A stretch of DNA of 62,655 bases, filler included. It is 3 parts of 3 records of this genome, joined end to end, with 100 filler letters (N's around TTAATTAATTAA, not from the genome) between each part and the next. Parts side by side here need not be neighbours in the genome. Positions count along the whole stretch, not along the records: positions 46,765 to 62,655 come from SRR31156797_10060; 2 more parts are not named here. One strand, written 5' to 3'. Of the stretch, positions 62,207 to 62,655 are shown one piece after another (position 1 is the stretch's first letter; each line of letters starts with the position of its first letter). The translations under genes and the position numbers were made by a program. The notes beneath the pieces are model-generated. The model saw only the letters and a list, made by a program, of their open reading frames with translations, was not told the origin of the DNA and made no database searches.

Positions 62207-62655
62207 TGTTTGAAGAATTAAAGTCATTTTATCAAGACAAAAAAATTCTACTGACCGGTCACACGGGCTTTAAAGGTTCCTGGATGCTGGTCCTTTTAAA
62301 TGAGCTGGGCGCTAAGGTTACGGGTTATGCCTTGGATCCCGAAAAAGAAAAAGATCTTTTTAATTTGATCGAAGGCAATACCTTATGTGATTCACATATT
62401 GCCGATATACGCGACAGGAATTCTATTCATCAGGTAATGGAAGAAGTACAACCTGATATCGTGCTGCATTTTGCTGCTCAGGCTCTTGTGCGAGAGTCAT
62501 ACAGAATACCCGTTGATACCTTTGATACGAATGTTATGGGTACGGTAAATGTTTTAGAGGCCATGCGAAAGCTTACAAAACCTTGTACCGGTGTTATGAT
62601 CACGACAGACAAAGTTTATGAGAATATGGAATGGGAATTCCATTATAAAGAAAAT
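62206..62655 (+). CDS. rfbG: CDP-glucose 4,6-dehydratase (3' truncated, not in ORF track)
   Basis: Manual translation MFEELKSFYQDKKILLTGHTGFKGSW...HFAAQALVRESY...TTDKVYEN; TAATG overlap with rfbF. Confidence 0.92.
   Translation, partial: MFEELKSFYQDKKILLTGHTGFKGSWMLVLLNELGAKVTGYALDPEKEKDLFNLIEGNTLCDSHIADIRDRNSIHQVMEEVQPDIVLHFAAQALVRESYRIPVDTFDTNVMGTVNVLEAMRKLTKPCTGVMITTDKVYENMEWEFHYKEN

Overview
The window is three unrelated contigs joined by artificial 100-nt linkers (N44-TTAATTAATTAA-N44 at 26126-26225 and 46665-46764). Contig 1 (1-26125) looks Bacteroidota, with repeated TAnnTTTG promoters. It carries a hemA-C-D-B-L-E-(DUF6787)-F heme operon led by a membrane-anchored ORF ending in RPPP, housekeeping genes (trmD, HU, trhO, sbcDC), wza-wzc, fetAB-like ABC genes, pduO, cbiK and a frameshifted GIN-domain lipoprotein. 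Contig 2 (26226-46664) is AT-rich and Arcobacter-like (Campylobacterota, inferred). It carries a group 4 [NiFe] formate hydrogenlyase (hyf-type) operon with a formate channel, bracketed by two selenocysteine fdhF genes that the ORF track splits at UGA; each has a SECIS hairpin and the two hairpins covary. Divergent from the operon is a CooA-family regulator that appears to lack the heme-ligating His, with two TGTCA-N6-TGACA boxes in the intergenic region; a YedF-like gene and tungstate transporter genes lie next to it. Contig 3 (46765-62655) has higher GC and is FCB-like, possibly Marinimicrobia. It carries a cpgS-like NTPase, lon, dusB, hydrolases, a histidine kinase, recG, a DUF2723-GT2-rfbF-rfbG cluster and heptamer-repeat intergenic hairpins. 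Best candidates for undescribed biology: the heme-less CooA-type control of a double-Sec formate hydrogenlyase, and the RPPP leader of the heme operon. All family calls come from motif recognition, not database searches.
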